From Akkermansiaceae bacterium (GTDB taxonomy: Bacteria; Verrucomicrobiota; Verrucomicrobiia; Verrucomicrobiales; Akkermansiaceae), in contig CAIQXC010000287.1 in NCBI GenBank assembly GCA_903875675.1, positions 1-50,980 on the forward strand: a DNA stretch of 50,980 nt. The letters are read 5' to 3'. Shown here in pieces: positions 26,393 through 36,226 of this stretch. The notes beneath the pieces are model-generated. The model was not told the DNA's origin. It did no database searches and was given only the letters and a program-made list of their open reading frames with translations. Position 1 is the stretch's first letter; every line of letters begins with the position of its first letter. The position numbers were made by a program, and so were the translations under genes.

Positions 26393-27145
26393 ATGACCCC
26401 TCCCAAAGCTAACAAACAGAAAACCGAGCGTGCCGACGCCCTGCTCACCAGCCGGGGGCTGTGCGAGTCCCGTGAGCAGGCAAAGCGGCTGATTTTGGCT
26501 GGCGAGGTGCGCAGCGGCGACCGGCTCATCGACAAGCCGAGCAGCAAGTTGGCGGTGGATGCGCCTTTGGCGGTGAAGGAAAAACCGCGCTACGTCGGCC
26601 GCGGCGGGCTGAAACTCGAAGGCGCGCTGGATGCCTTTGCCATCGACCCTCAGGGCTGGGTTTGCCTCGATGTGGGGGCCTCCACCGGCGGCTTCACGGA
26701 TTGCTTGCTGCAACGCGGCGCGCTGCGGGTCCACGCGGTGGATGTGGGTACCAATCAGTTGGTATGGAAGTTGCGCAACGATTCGAGGGTGATTGTTAAG
26801 GAGCAATTCAACGCCCGGCACATGGTGGCGGCTGATCTAGGCGAGAGGGTTCGGTTGGCGGTGATGGATTTATCGTTTATTTCCTTAACGAAAGTATTGC
26901 CGGCGGTATTTTCGGTGTTGGACGAGTCGGGCAGCGTGGTGTGTCTGATCAAGCCACAGTTTGAGTTGCGGAGGGAAGATGTGGGCAAGGGCGGGATTGT
27001 GCGGGATGAGGCCTTGCACCAGCGGGCGGTGGAAAAGATCCGCCATTTTGTTAGTGAGACGGAGGGGCGTGAGTGGCGGGGGGTGATCGCCTCGCCGATC
27101 ACGGGGACCGATGGCAACCGGGAGTTTTTGGCGTGGATCGGGTAG
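26393..27145 (+). CDS. tlyA: TlyA family rRNA 2'-O-methyltransferase
   Basis: S4 domain, YVGRGGLKL, LDVGASTGGFTD, DLSFISL, LIKPQFE and SPITGTDGNREF. Confidence 0.95.
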   Translation: MTPPKANKQKTERADALLTSRGLCESREQAKRLILAGEVRSGDRLIDKPSSKLAVDAPLAVKEKPRYVGRGGLKLEGALDAFAIDPQGWVCLDVGASTGGFTDCLLQRGALRVHAVDVGTNQLVWKLRNDSRVIVKEQFNARHMVAADLGERVRLAVMDLSFISLTKVLPAVFSVLDESGSVVCLIKPQFELRREDVGKGGIVRDEALHQRAVEKIRHFVSETEGREWRGVIASPITGTDGNREFLAWIG

Positions 27146-27159
27146 GAGTGGCGGTGGGG

Positions 27160-29859
27160 CTACTCGGGAAACGGGTCGTGGATGAAGCGGAAATTTTGGC
27201 GTCGCACATCATCGTCGGAGGGCATGAAATTGACGGATTTTTCGGACCATTCGACGGCCTGTTTGCGGTTGCCTCGGGCGAATTGGAGTTCGGCCATGGT
27301 GTCGAGGTAGGCGGATTGGTTGGGATGGTTGGCCAGGGCCTGGCGGAGATGATCCTCGGCCTCATCGAGGCGACGCAAGGCGCGTGCGGCGAGCCAGGCG
27401 GCGGTGTTGCGTGTATTGTGTGAGAGCGGGTAGTGAAGGATGACGCTTTGAAGGTGATCCCAGGTGAGGGCGAACCAGGCGTCGTGTTGTTCGATGAGTT
27501 CGGCTTGGCGCAGGGCGGGGAAGAAATAATCGGCAAGCGAGCCATCGCAGGGCAGCAGGGCATGGCATTTTTCCAACAGAGCCAAGGCGCTGGGGCGTTC
27601 GGTGGCGAGCAGGCTGAGGGCTCGCGCTTGATCGGCCTGGAGGCGCAAGCGGAGGAACGTCAAGGGGGAATTGCTGCTGAGGCTGGCGCTGCTGAGGTTG
27701 AAGCCGCTGTAGCACTGGGCCAAAGCCTCAGAGGTGGCGGCGGCCTGGCTCCAGAGACCGCGCTTGAGCAGGTCGGTGGAGAGGACGCGGAGGATGGCGG
27801 CGTAGGATTCGCTATCGGGGGCGGCCTCGCGGGCGGCCCGCTCCCACCACGACGAGCAGCGGTCATATTCCGAGCCGAAGGCGTAGCCATGGCCAATGCG
27901 GATATAGGTAGCGGCATCGCCAAGCGCCAATTTTTCGACCCAGGCGTCGTGGATGGCGGCCTGGTCTGGGTGGCCGGCGCGGCGCAGGCAGGAGGCGGCA
28001 TAGGCGTGAAGTTCCGGGCGGGTGCTGGCGGCGAGATCTGTCTTGCTGGTTAGAAGTTGGAGGATGAGCTGGGAGGCTTCTTCCCAACGGCCGGCGGCGG
28101 AAAATTGCAACAGGGCGAGCCCATCCAGCTCGGTGACCGGCTCGTTGGGCGGCCGCATGTCACGGATTTTCAGGTTGGTGGCGGCGTCGCCGGCGACCCC
28201 GACGAGTGAGGCGAGGCGCTTGAGCAGCGGTGATTGTTGGTCGGCATCGGCCTTGGTGATGGCGGCCCAAGCGATGGCAAGCCATGTGTCGCGGAGGTGG
28301 TCGGGGTCGGCGCCATAGCCGGCGAGGGCGAGCATGGCGGCGAGGCGTTGTTTGCGGGATGCGTCGGGCTGGATGTCGGCGAACCACTTCCAACAGGCGA
28401 TATTGTCCTCGTTGTCACCGAAGGCGGCCAGCACGAGCTGTTCCCAGCGCTCTGGGTCGTCGCCGGCCCAAGTGGTGCCGGCACCCATGAGCGGGCCGAG
28501 GATACCGGTGCGAACGAAGCGGCTGCCGAAGAGGGAGCCGAGGAAATTGGTGAAGAGGTCGGGATTTTTTTTGGCGAGGTCTGCGAGGGGTGCGTCGAAG
28601 GTTTTGGAGAGTTGGTCATTGAGGCCGCGGTTTTCAAGGAAGCCGGCGAGGGCTGTGAGTTCGCTAATGGTGGTATCGTTCGAGTCGGGTTCTTTGAGGA
28701 GCAGGTCGAAGCGGGTTTGAGCCCAGGCGGAGAAGTCGGGATTTTCGGGGTCGAGGCCGATGGCGGCGAGAGCTTCGGGGACATGCTCCATGGCCTCGAA
28801 ATAGACGAAGGCATCGATGGGTGAGGATTTGATGAAGCTGGCTTCGGCGGCGGTGGGTTCTCCGAGGAGAAAGAGTGAGTTGGAAGCAAAGTTGCGGAGT
28901 CTCTGATTGCGCGAGCTGAGCAGCTTGAGACAGGGTTCCAAGTCGCTCTTTCGCAGAGCATGGTCTTGCCAGCGCTTGGTGGCCAGCGGCGAGTAAAGGT
29001 CCGGAGTGTCGCGGTTGGCGCGACGGTTGGCTGGGTGATGTTCCAGCCATGGCAGGGGATCACCCGCGAGCATGGCCATGGTGGCGGCGAGCAGGGGCTC
29101 ACCCGCGTCGGTGGCTAGGGAGCGGGCTTCGTTGAGGCGGCCGGCGGCACGCTGGAGAGCGAGTTGCCAGGCGAGGGCACCTTTGGCTTTGGAGGTTTTT
29201 GCGGATTGAAGTTCTTGTTCGAGGGAGCCGTTGGCTCGGTGGAATGCGGCCAGAGCCATCAGGCTTTTGGCATCGGCGGGTGCCAGCTCCAACAACTCGC
29301 GGGCCCCCGGGGCGTCGTCCTCCACCAAGCGTTCGCGGGCGGCAAACACGGCGATGCCACTGACGACAGTTTGCAGGTCGTTGCGGGTTTTCGGGTCGGT
29401 TTCTGCGGCGTAGAGCGTGAGGATTTGGCGATAGGCGTGCTTTTGCCGCATCGTCTTGAGAAGGGTGATCTTTTCACCAAGCGCGGCCTTGTTGTAGCGC
29501 TCCACCAAGGCGACGATCGACGGATCGGTATTGGGGGTGAGGTGGAGGTCAATCTTGTGCAGCAAAGCCTTGGCCCGGTGCGCCGCCTCGGGGTCGTTGC
29601 CTGCGGCGGCTTTTTGCAAGGCCTCGCGGGCGGAGTCGCCGAGTTGCCAAAGTTTCTTCGAAGCGGCTTCGCGCTGTTGGAAACTTTCGTCGGAGAGTTG
29701 GGCCATGAGCTGGGCCAAGGTGGGCTCGGCTGGGGAGGCTGGCTCGGACTGGGCAGTTGGTTCGGACGATTCCGCCGACGGCGGAACATCGTCCACGGCA
29801 ATCACTGCCGATGGGAAAACAGCCAGGCAGGTTAAGAAAGCAGCGCCTAAGGATTTCAT
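27160..29859 (-). CDS. Large secreted alpha-helical (HEAT/TPR) repeat protein
   Basis: Signal peptide, HEAT-like LSDESFQQREAASKKLW, and C-terminal TPRs (NTAAWLAA...YLDTMAELQFARG). ATG at 29859. Confidence 0.7.
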   Translation of the reverse strand: MKSLGAAFLTCLAVFPSAVIAVDDVPPSAESSEPTAQSEPASPAEPTLAQLMAQLSDESFQQREAASKKLWQLGDSAREALQKAAAGNDPEAAHRAKALLHKIDLHLTPNTDPSIVALVERYNKAALGEKITLLKTMRQKHAYRQILTLYAAETDPKTRNDLQTVVSGIAVFAARERLVEDDAPGARELLELAPADAKSLMALAAFHRANGSLEQELQSAKTSKAKGALAWQLALQRAAGRLNEARSLATDAGEPLLAATMAMLAGDPLPWLEHHPANRRANRDTPDLYSPLATKRWQDHALRKSDLEPCLKLLSSRNQRLRNFASNSLFLLGEPTAAEASFIKSSPIDAFVYFEAMEHVPEALAAIGLDPENPDFSAWAQTRFDLLLKEPDSNDTTISELTALAGFLENRGLNDQLSKTFDAPLADLAKKNPDLFTNFLGSLFGSRFVRTGILGPLMGAGTTWAGDDPERWEQLVLAAFGDNEDNIACWKWFADIQPDASRKQRLAAMLALAGYGADPDHLRDTWLAIAWAAITKADADQQSPLLKRLASLVGVAGDAATNLKIRDMRPPNEPVTELDGLALLQFSAAGRWEEASQLILQLLTSKTDLAASTRPELHAYAASCLRRAGHPDQAAIHDAWVEKLALGDAATYIRIGHGYAFGSEYDRCSSWWERAAREAAPDSESYAAILRVLSTDLLKRGLWSQAAATSEALAQCYSGFNLSSASLSSNSPLTFLRLRLQADQARALSLLATERPSALALLEKCHALLPCDGSLADYFFPALRQAELIEQHDAWFALTWDHLQSVILHYPLSHNTRNTAAWLAARALRRLDEAEDHLRQALANHPNQSAYLDTMAELQFARGNRKQAVEWSEKSVNFMPSDDDVRRQNFRFIHDPFPE

Positions 29860-30437
29860 GGAGGAAGCGAGGGTCCGCGATTTGAACGAAAAATCAACTC
29901 CGATCCTCAAGGGGGGAAAAGAAAACCGCTGTGCCGTTCTTGGCGCAATGAGCCACGTTCCTAAAGCTCAATAAGTGGGATCGCTTTGCCTTCAAAGGTC
30001 TTCCAGGGGAGGCATAACCTATCTGGCAAAGTAGTGATCCCGGTTCCATTGTATCGGTTCGGGCTTGCAACCAAATCGAACGCACACAGCAGTCGCGGTG
30101 AAGTTGCTGCGTCTTCAGCCGACCCGCAAGCTAATTTTGAAATGATTTTCTGGTCGAGCATAGTCGGCAGGCGATCAGGGATATTTGATCGAAATTCCTC
30201 AAAGTCCTAAAATTTTGGATGAGGTACATGGGTCAGCTGCCAGGCCAAGATTCGCGGGTATGCAGTGTTGCCGGTATTCGGCAATGATGTCACACTATGC
30301 CCGTTCAAGAATCTCGGTGACACCTCGCCCGAGCAACGGCCGCCCCGACGAAGAGCCTCAAGAAGCTGGAATCGCAAGTCCGGCAAGAGTTTGAAAAACC
30401 AAAATAGCCATCCCCCATGACCCCCATGCCTATCCCC

Positions 30438-31940
30438 ATGCGCCCTCTCCTCGCCTTGCTGCTGACTCTCGGATCGTTTGCCGCCGCCACCGCCGCTCCC
30501 CTGCCCGATGCCGGACCCGCTAAGCTGCCGCGCTGGCGCGGCTTCAATTTGCTGGAAAAATTCAACTTTGCCGGTAAACACGAGGCATTTCGAGAGGACG
30601 ACTTCCGGCTCATTGCCAAATTTGGCTTTAATTTCGTGCGGCTGCCGATGGATTACCGCGGTTACATTGTGGGCGGCGATTGGAACCGCTTTGATGAGGA
30701 GGCGCTCGGTCAGATTGACCAAGCCGTGGCCTGGGGCCGCCAGTACGGCATCCACGTGTGCCTGAACCTGCACCGGGCACCCGGTTGGACGGTGGCCAAG
30801 CCGGCGGAGGCCAAGGACTTGTGGAGCGACGCTGATGCCCGCCAAGCGGCCGCCCGCCATTGGGCGATGTTCGCGCGGCGCTACAAGGGCATTTCTAACA
30901 AAAACCTGAGTTTCAATCTTTTCAATGAACCCTCTGGGGTGAAGGCCGATGCCTATCTGGTGGTGGTGAAGGAGGTGGTGGCGGCGATTCGTGCCGAGGA
31001 CCCGCAACGACTGGTGGAGTGCGACGGTCTGCAGTGGGGGACTTTGCCAGTGCCGGAGCTCATACCACTCAAGGTTGCGATGATGACTCGCGGTTATACG
31101 CCGTTTCAACTGACCCACTACGAGGCGAGTTGGGTCCAGGGCGGAGCCTCGATGCCCCTACCAACCTGGCCGGAAGCCGGAGGCACCGGGGGCACTCTGA
31201 TCAGTCCGGCCAAGGGAGCGTTGTGTCATCCCCTGCAGATCAGCGGGGCGCTGGCTGCGGGGGCCAGATTGCGGTTGGTGGCCACGACGCTGTCCAGCAG
31301 CGCGGTTCTGACGCTGAGCGACGAGGCCGACAAGGAACTCTGGCGCCAATCCCTCAGCGCCGGACCGGAACAGGGGCCATGGCGCAAAAATGCCCTCGAC
31401 CCCCGCTGGAAATGCTGGCAGGCCGAGGGTGAAGTGGAATTTAACTTCACCCTGCCCCACCCGGTCAAATCGCTCACCCTGCGGGTTGTGGATGGCGATT
31501 GGCTGACGCTTGGCTTGTTAGGAATCCGGGCGTCTGAGGGCGCGGCAGAGGCTGTGGCGCGGCTCACGCCATCGTGGGATCAGGCACCCGAGACGTTGTG
31601 CTACAGTGCCGCCGATCCCTCAAAACCCAAGCTCGGTGTGCCCCACGACCGGGCTTGGTTGCGTGCCCAGACGATCCCGCCATGGCAGGCGTTTGCCGCT
31701 GCGGGAGGCGGTGTGATGGTCGGCGAATGGGGTGCCTATCAAAACACGCCGCACCCGGTGGTGTTGGGCTGGGCGGAAGATTGCCTGCGCAATTGGCAGG
31801 ACGCCGGCTGGGGGTGGGCGCTGTGGAACTTCCGTGGCTCCTTCGGCATTTTTGATAGCGGCCGCAAGGACGTCACTTACGAGACGTTTGATGGCCACCA
31901 GCTCGACCGCAAGTACCTCGAGTTGTTGCAGCGCTACTGA
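30438..31940 (+). CDS. Secreted glycoside hydrolase family 5 with an inserted domain
   Basis: RGFNL, GFNFVRLP, LNLH, acid/base FNEP, nucleophile VGEWG and WALWNFRG. Confidence 0.88.
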   Translation: MRPLLALLLTLGSFAAATAAPLPDAGPAKLPRWRGFNLLEKFNFAGKHEAFREDDFRLIAKFGFNFVRLPMDYRGYIVGGDWNRFDEEALGQIDQAVAWGRQYGIHVCLNLHRAPGWTVAKPAEAKDLWSDADARQAAARHWAMFARRYKGISNKNLSFNLFNEPSGVKADAYLVVVKEVVAAIRAEDPQRLVECDGLQWGTLPVPELIPLKVAMMTRGYTPFQLTHYEASWVQGGASMPLPTWPEAGGTGGTLISPAKGALCHPLQISGALAAGARLRLVATTLSSSAVLTLSDEADKELWRQSLSAGPEQGPWRKNALDPRWKCWQAEGEVEFNFTLPHPVKSLTLRVVDGDWLTLGLLGIRASEGAAEAVARLTPSWDQAPETLCYSAADPSKPKLGVPHDRAWLRAQTIPPWQAFAAAGGGVMVGEWGAYQNTPHPVVLGWAEDCLRNWQDAGWGWALWNFRGSFGIFDSGRKDVTYETFDGHQLDRKYLELLQRY

Positions 31941-31997
31941 GGAGAAAGGCGGGCCGTCTAACCGGCCATCAAACGGCACCAAGGGCCACCGCTATTG

Positions 31998-32825
31998 TCA
32001 CAGCTCCAGCGTGGGTGTGATGGCAGGCACGGCATCGAGGAACGAGGGGAACTGTGGCAGCCAGCCGCTGGCTTGGAGTTTGGCGCTGGATACTTGCTTG
32101 TGGGTCCAGCCACGCTTGCGGTTTGGATCGCGTGCTGCCGAGGGGGGGAGCGGCCGCTGGAAAAGCGCGCAGAGGTGTAGGTAGCAGGCACGCTGAGTGA
32201 GGGGGGTTGCATCGCTGAGGTTATACACCTCGCCGCGATGGCCGGACGCACTGCCGGCAAGCTGATGGATGGCAGACACCGCGTCGTCCCGGTGGATTTG
32301 GTTGAGAAAGCGCCCGCCGTTGTCTTCCATGACCGCTTCGCCAGTTAGAAACTTCCGCAAAATCACACTGCGGCCGGGACCGTAAATGCCCGACAGCCGC
32401 ACCACGATTCCGCCGCTCTTAAGAACGAATTGTTCGGCTTGCAATAAAAGCATTCCAGTATCTCGATCCGGCAGGGTGGGAGACATTTCTGTGACCACCG
32501 AGCCATCGGTTTGAGCATACACCGACGAGCTGGAAGTGAAGAGCAGCGGCACCCCGGGGAATGCCTCGAGCAGATGGCGGCAGCCATTGACGTACACGCG
32601 CTGATAGGCATCGGCACCGCCGCGGCCCGAAGCAGCGCAGTGGATGATGAAGTCTGGGGCGAACTTGGCAGCAAGAGCGGCGACGGCCTGCGCGTCGGCC
32701 ACATCGCAGGCATGGGAGGCATCGCCACCAGTGAGCGAGACGGTGGTGGCGAGCCAACCGGCTTGGCGGAACCGATGGCTGAGAGCCTGGCCCAAATACC
32801 CGTGACCGATGAGCAAAAGATGCAT
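31998..32825 (-). CDS. NAD-dependent epimerase/dehydratase (YeeZ-like atypical SDR)
   Basis: IGHGYLG, TSSSSVY, RLSGIYGPGR and NQIHRDD. ATG at 32825. Confidence 0.88.
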   Translation of the reverse strand: MHLLLIGHGYLGQALSHRFRQAGWLATTVSLTGGDASHACDVADAQAVAALAAKFAPDFIIHCAASGRGGADAYQRVYVNGCRHLLEAFPGVPLLFTSSSSVYAQTDGSVVTEMSPTLPDRDTGMLLLQAEQFVLKSGGIVVRLSGIYGPGRSVILRKFLTGEAVMEDNGGRFLNQIHRDDAVSAIHQLAGSASGHRGEVYNLSDATPLTQRACYLHLCALFQRPLPPSAARDPNRKRGWTHKQVSSAKLQASGWLPQFPSFLDAVPAITPTLEL

Positions 32826-33010
32826 AGGGGAAATTTTTCTGAGTGACGTTAGCGCCGGAGAATAGGTCGCCAGAGGTGTTGCGGAGCGATGGTAGTGGTG
32901 GAAAGCGAAATGGGAATCACGGATTGCAGGATTCCAGGCGTGGCTTGCCTCGTCCCCGATGCCACGACTCTGCAATCGACAGACGGGCAAACGCGATTCA
33001 AGCTCAGCTC

Positions 33011-34102
33011 ATGTCGCTTGTGCATGTGAATTTGGCCGAACGGTCGTACGATGTGGTTGTCGAATCCGGCCTGCTTGGGCGTGCAGGGGCCGCTATCAGT
33101 GAGACCAGTCTGGGTGGCCGTCGCGCGGCGCTCATCAGCGACGAGCGGGTGGCGGGCTTTCACAGTGAGGTTTTGCTCGACTCACTGGCAGCGGCCGGGT
33201 TCAGGCCGAGCTTGCACGTCATTGCGGCCGGGGAAGCATCCAAGACGATGGCGCAGGCGGAAGGACTGTGCCGCGAGATGATCCGCGCAGGCCACGACCG
33301 CCGGTCCCTGGTGGTAGCCCTCGGCGGTGGGGTCGTCGGCGACCTCGCCGGTTTCGTCGCCGCTATCTTTTTCCGAGGCATCCCACTCGTGCAAATCCCC
33401 ACCACCATCGTCGCCCAGGTCGATTCTTCCGTGGGCGGCAAAACCGGCGTGAATGTCGGTGAGGGAAAAAACCTGCTAGGTTGTTTTCATCAGGCGCATT
33501 TGGTGCTGGTGGATCCGCAGACGCTGCGAACGCTGCCGCAGCGGGAGTTTTGTGAGGGTTTTGCCGAGGCGATCAAGCACGCGGCGATCCGCGATTCGGC
33601 GATGCTCGGGGAGCTGGCGGCCCTCGATCCGGACAGCCGGGAGGTGCCCGCCGAGTTGATCGCCCGCAACATTGCTATCAAGGCGCGCATCGTCGAGGCC
33701 GACGAACATGAAACCCGCGGCATCCGCGCCTTGCTCAACTTCGGCCACACCATCGGCCACGGCATCGAGGCGGCCATTCCCTACGGCCAGATGCTCCACG
33801 GCGAAGCCATTGCGCTGGGTTTGCGGGCCGCGTTATTCCTCTCGCAACGCCACTGTCAGCTCGCCCCGGATGCGAGCCGCTCGTTGCTTGGCTTGTTGGA
33901 AAAGTTTCGTTTGCCGCTGGTGCTCGACGAGGAAATTGCCACACCAACGATCATGGGAAAATTGGCTCGGGACAAAAAATTCTCCGCTGGCAAGATTCGG
34001 TTTGTATTGCTCGATGCACCGGGTCACGCCTACGTCAGTGATGTGGTCACGCAGGAGGATTTGCGCGATGCGATCGAGCATTTGCGCCAGGAGCCGGAGT
34101 GA
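33011..34102 (+). CDS. aroB: 3-dehydroquinate synthase
   Basis: GEASK, GGGVVGDLAGF, PTTIVAQVDSSVGGKTGVN, KNLLG, LNFGHTIGHG and HGEA. Confidence 0.97.
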   Translation: MSLVHVNLAERSYDVVVESGLLGRAGAAISETSLGGRRAALISDERVAGFHSEVLLDSLAAAGFRPSLHVIAAGEASKTMAQAEGLCREMIRAGHDRRSLVVALGGGVVGDLAGFVAAIFFRGIPLVQIPTTIVAQVDSSVGGKTGVNVGEGKNLLGCFHQAHLVLVDPQTLRTLPQREFCEGFAEAIKHAAIRDSAMLGELAALDPDSREVPAELIARNIAIKARIVEADEHETRGIRALLNFGHTIGHGIEAAIPYGQMLHGEAIALGLRAALFLSQRHCQLAPDASRSLLGLLEKFRLPLVLDEEIATPTIMGKLARDKKFSAGKIRFVLLDAPGHAYVSDVVTQEDLRDAIEHLRQEPE

Positions 34103-34240
34103 GCCGTGCCACAGCGGGTCACGTCAGGGGGATCAGGAAATTGTTTGATATCCGTGCCAAAGCCAGGTCGCCGGAATGGGTTGGCGTGTGAGCTGTTTTC
34201 TCTGCTTGCCATCGGCCGGAGAGGCGTGGATAACCCGTGC

Positions 34241-35068
34241 ATGCCAGTCAAGGGAGCACGCGAGCGCTATTTGGTGAGACACGGATCGAAGGTGAATCTG
34301 GAGAAGATTGACGCCCAGGAGAAGGCGTTGTTTGGGGATTCCGGCAAGAATGAGCAGGAGCCGCAGTTTGAGCGGTTGCGGGCCGAACTCCGGGACTTGC
34401 AAAAAGTCCTCTACGCCCAGAACAAGCACCGGGTGTTGGTGGTGCTGCAGGCGATGGATACCGGCGGCAAGGACGGATGCATCAAGAACGTGTTTTCGCA
34501 AATTGATCCGCAGGGCATTCACGTCTGTTCGTTCAAGAAACCCAGCGAGGAGGAACTCGGTCACGACTTCTTGTGGCGCATCCATTCCAAGGTGCCGTCT
34601 AACGGGCAGTTGGTTATTTTCAACCGCAGCCACTACGAAGACATCATTGCGGTGCGGGTGAAACACATCTTTGCCGAGAGCGTCTGGCAGCGCCGCTATC
34701 GCCACGTCATCGAGTTTGAACGCATGCTCGTCGAGGAAGGCACCACCTTGGTGAAAATTTTCCTGCACATCTCGAAGGATGAGCAGAAACGCCGCTTGGA
34801 GGGCCGCCTCGCCAACCCCGACAAGCACTGGAAGGTCAATCCCGATGACCTCAAGGACCGCGTCCTGTGGGGCGAATTCATGCGGGTGTACGAGGATGTG
34901 ATTTCCCACACCTCCACCCCGCTGGCACCTTGGTATGTGGTGCCGGCCAACCGCAAGTGGTATCGCGACCTGTGCGTCGCCCGCATCCTCGTGGATACCC
35001 TCAAGCACTTGCAGATGAGCTTCCCGCCCATCACCTGGGATCCGGGCTCGATCCGCGTCGGAGACTGA
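34241..35068 (+). CDS. ppk2: Polyphosphate kinase 2 family (polyphosphate:nucleotide phosphotransferase)
   Basis: QAMDTGGKDG, FKKPSEEE.HDFLWR, FNRSHYED, KIFLHISKDEQ and APWYVVPANRKW. Confidence 0.93.
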   Translation: MPVKGARERYLVRHGSKVNLEKIDAQEKALFGDSGKNEQEPQFERLRAELRDLQKVLYAQNKHRVLVVLQAMDTGGKDGCIKNVFSQIDPQGIHVCSFKKPSEEELGHDFLWRIHSKVPSNGQLVIFNRSHYEDIIAVRVKHIFAESVWQRRYRHVIEFERMLVEEGTTLVKIFLHISKDEQKRRLEGRLANPDKHWKVNPDDLKDRVLWGEFMRVYEDVISHTSTPLAPWYVVPANRKWYRDLCVARILVDTLKHLQMSFPPITWDPGSIRVGD

Positions 35069-35185
35069 AGCGAAGGCTCTCAATTGCGGAAATTTCGCCG
35101 GCGTTGGCCTCATTGAGGCGCTGCATGGCCTTGATGACTTGAGAATTGGCTGGTCGCTGGCCGCGAATGGGTTCATTCTCGGCGC

Positions 35186-35821
35186 ATGCTTGAACGAATT
35201 GAACGCGGGCGCATCGTGCCCATCGTGGTGTTGGACGACGTGGAGGCCGCCGCCCCGCTGGCGGAGGCATTGCTGGCCGGTGGCCTGGATGTGATGGAAA
35301 TCACCTTGCGAACGGGGGCTGCACTCGGTGCCATCCGGCGGATTGCCAAGACCTATCCAGAGATGTTATTGGGAGCAGGCACCTTGTTGGAGCCCAGCCA
35401 GGTGGAGCAGGCGCGTGACGCCGGTGCTGTGTTCGGGCTGGCCCCGGGCCTCAACCCGCGGGTCGTGCAAGCCGCCGCCAATTGCGGCTTGCTCTTTGCG
35501 CCCGGCGTGATGACCCCGAGCGAAGTGGAGCAGGCATGGGCGCTGGGCTGCAAACTCCTCAAATTCTTCCCCGCCGAACCGGCTGGCGGCGTCGCCATGC
35601 TCAAGGCGCTGGCCGGTCCCTACGCCCATCTGGGGCTGCGCTTCATCCCAACCGGTGGAATCCACACCGGCAATTTGGCCGATTATCTGAAAGTGCCGCT
35701 GGTTGCGGCCATTGGCGGATCATGGATGGTCGATAAGGCGTTGGTGGCAGCGGGGCGCTGGGATGAGATCACCCGCTTGACCCGGGTGGCGGTGGCCGCC
35801 GCCGCATCGGTGCCCATGTAG
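35186..35821 (+). CDS. eda: KDPG/KHG aldolase
   Basis: EITLRT, GAGT, PGVMTPSE, KFFPA and PTGGI. Confidence 0.95.
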   Translation: MLERIERGRIVPIVVLDDVEAAAPLAEALLAGGLDVMEITLRTGAALGAIRRIAKTYPEMLLGAGTLLEPSQVEQARDAGAVFGLAPGLNPRVVQAAANCGLLFAPGVMTPSEVEQAWALGCKLLKFFPAEPAGGVAMLKALAGPYAHLGLRFIPTGGIHTGNLADYLKVPLVAAIGGSWMVDKALVAAGRWDEITRLTRVAVAAAASVPM

Positions 35822-35829
35822 CCAGTGGA

Positions 35830-36066
35830 TTATCTCGACGAGATCACGTTTCTCATTCTCTGACGGATCTCCTCCGGAATTTCGCTTGAGAAACTCACTC
35901 TCCATGACTGATCCATCCATATCTCGCCTTCTGATAGATTCGATTCGTTTGCCAATATCGTAATATCCCTCAAAAGGCGATTCATCAGCTTGCCTTTTGT
36001 GCAATGGGCTGATCCGTTCTTGATCTGGATCACTGATGTAGCAAAAAATCTTGAAATGAATTTCAT
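35830..36066 (-). CDS. DUF3634-like small protein
   Basis: 78 aa ending in VSFSSEIPEEIRQRMRNV, which resembles the DUF3634 'FS..IP...QR.RN' motif. AT-richer than its neighbours. Confidence 0.55.
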   Translation of the reverse strand: MKFISRFFATSVIQIKNGSAHCTKGKLMNRLLRDITILANESNLSEGEIWMDQSWRVSFSSEIPEEIRQRMRNVISSR

Positions 36067-36226
36067 GTCTCAGTTGCCGGGCGGTGTTAGTTCGCTGTGT
36101 GTCAGGGTGGGCGTGAGGGGCTGCTGTCTAACGTACCGGACCAAGACCACCTTGGCGAGTTCAATGTTTCTATTTTGGTTTTTTGATAGATAGCAATCAT
36201 CTTTCCTGTATCATCCATTTGAATCC

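Noticed and set aside
29860-30416. Short ORFs (such as 29961-30161) or an ncRNA in the long intergenic region
   Set aside because: I recognised no protein motif, tRNA cloverleaf or riboswitch. A translated search and an Rfam scan would be needed.
33011-34102. aroB as part of the chorismate-using operon
   Set aside because: It lies 10 kb away, separated by unrelated genes on both strands, in an ordinary housekeeping context.
34151-34200. Sigma54 promoter-like TTGGC motifs upstream of ppk2 (also at 50081)
   Set aside because: The GG-N10-GC spacing is not satisfied.
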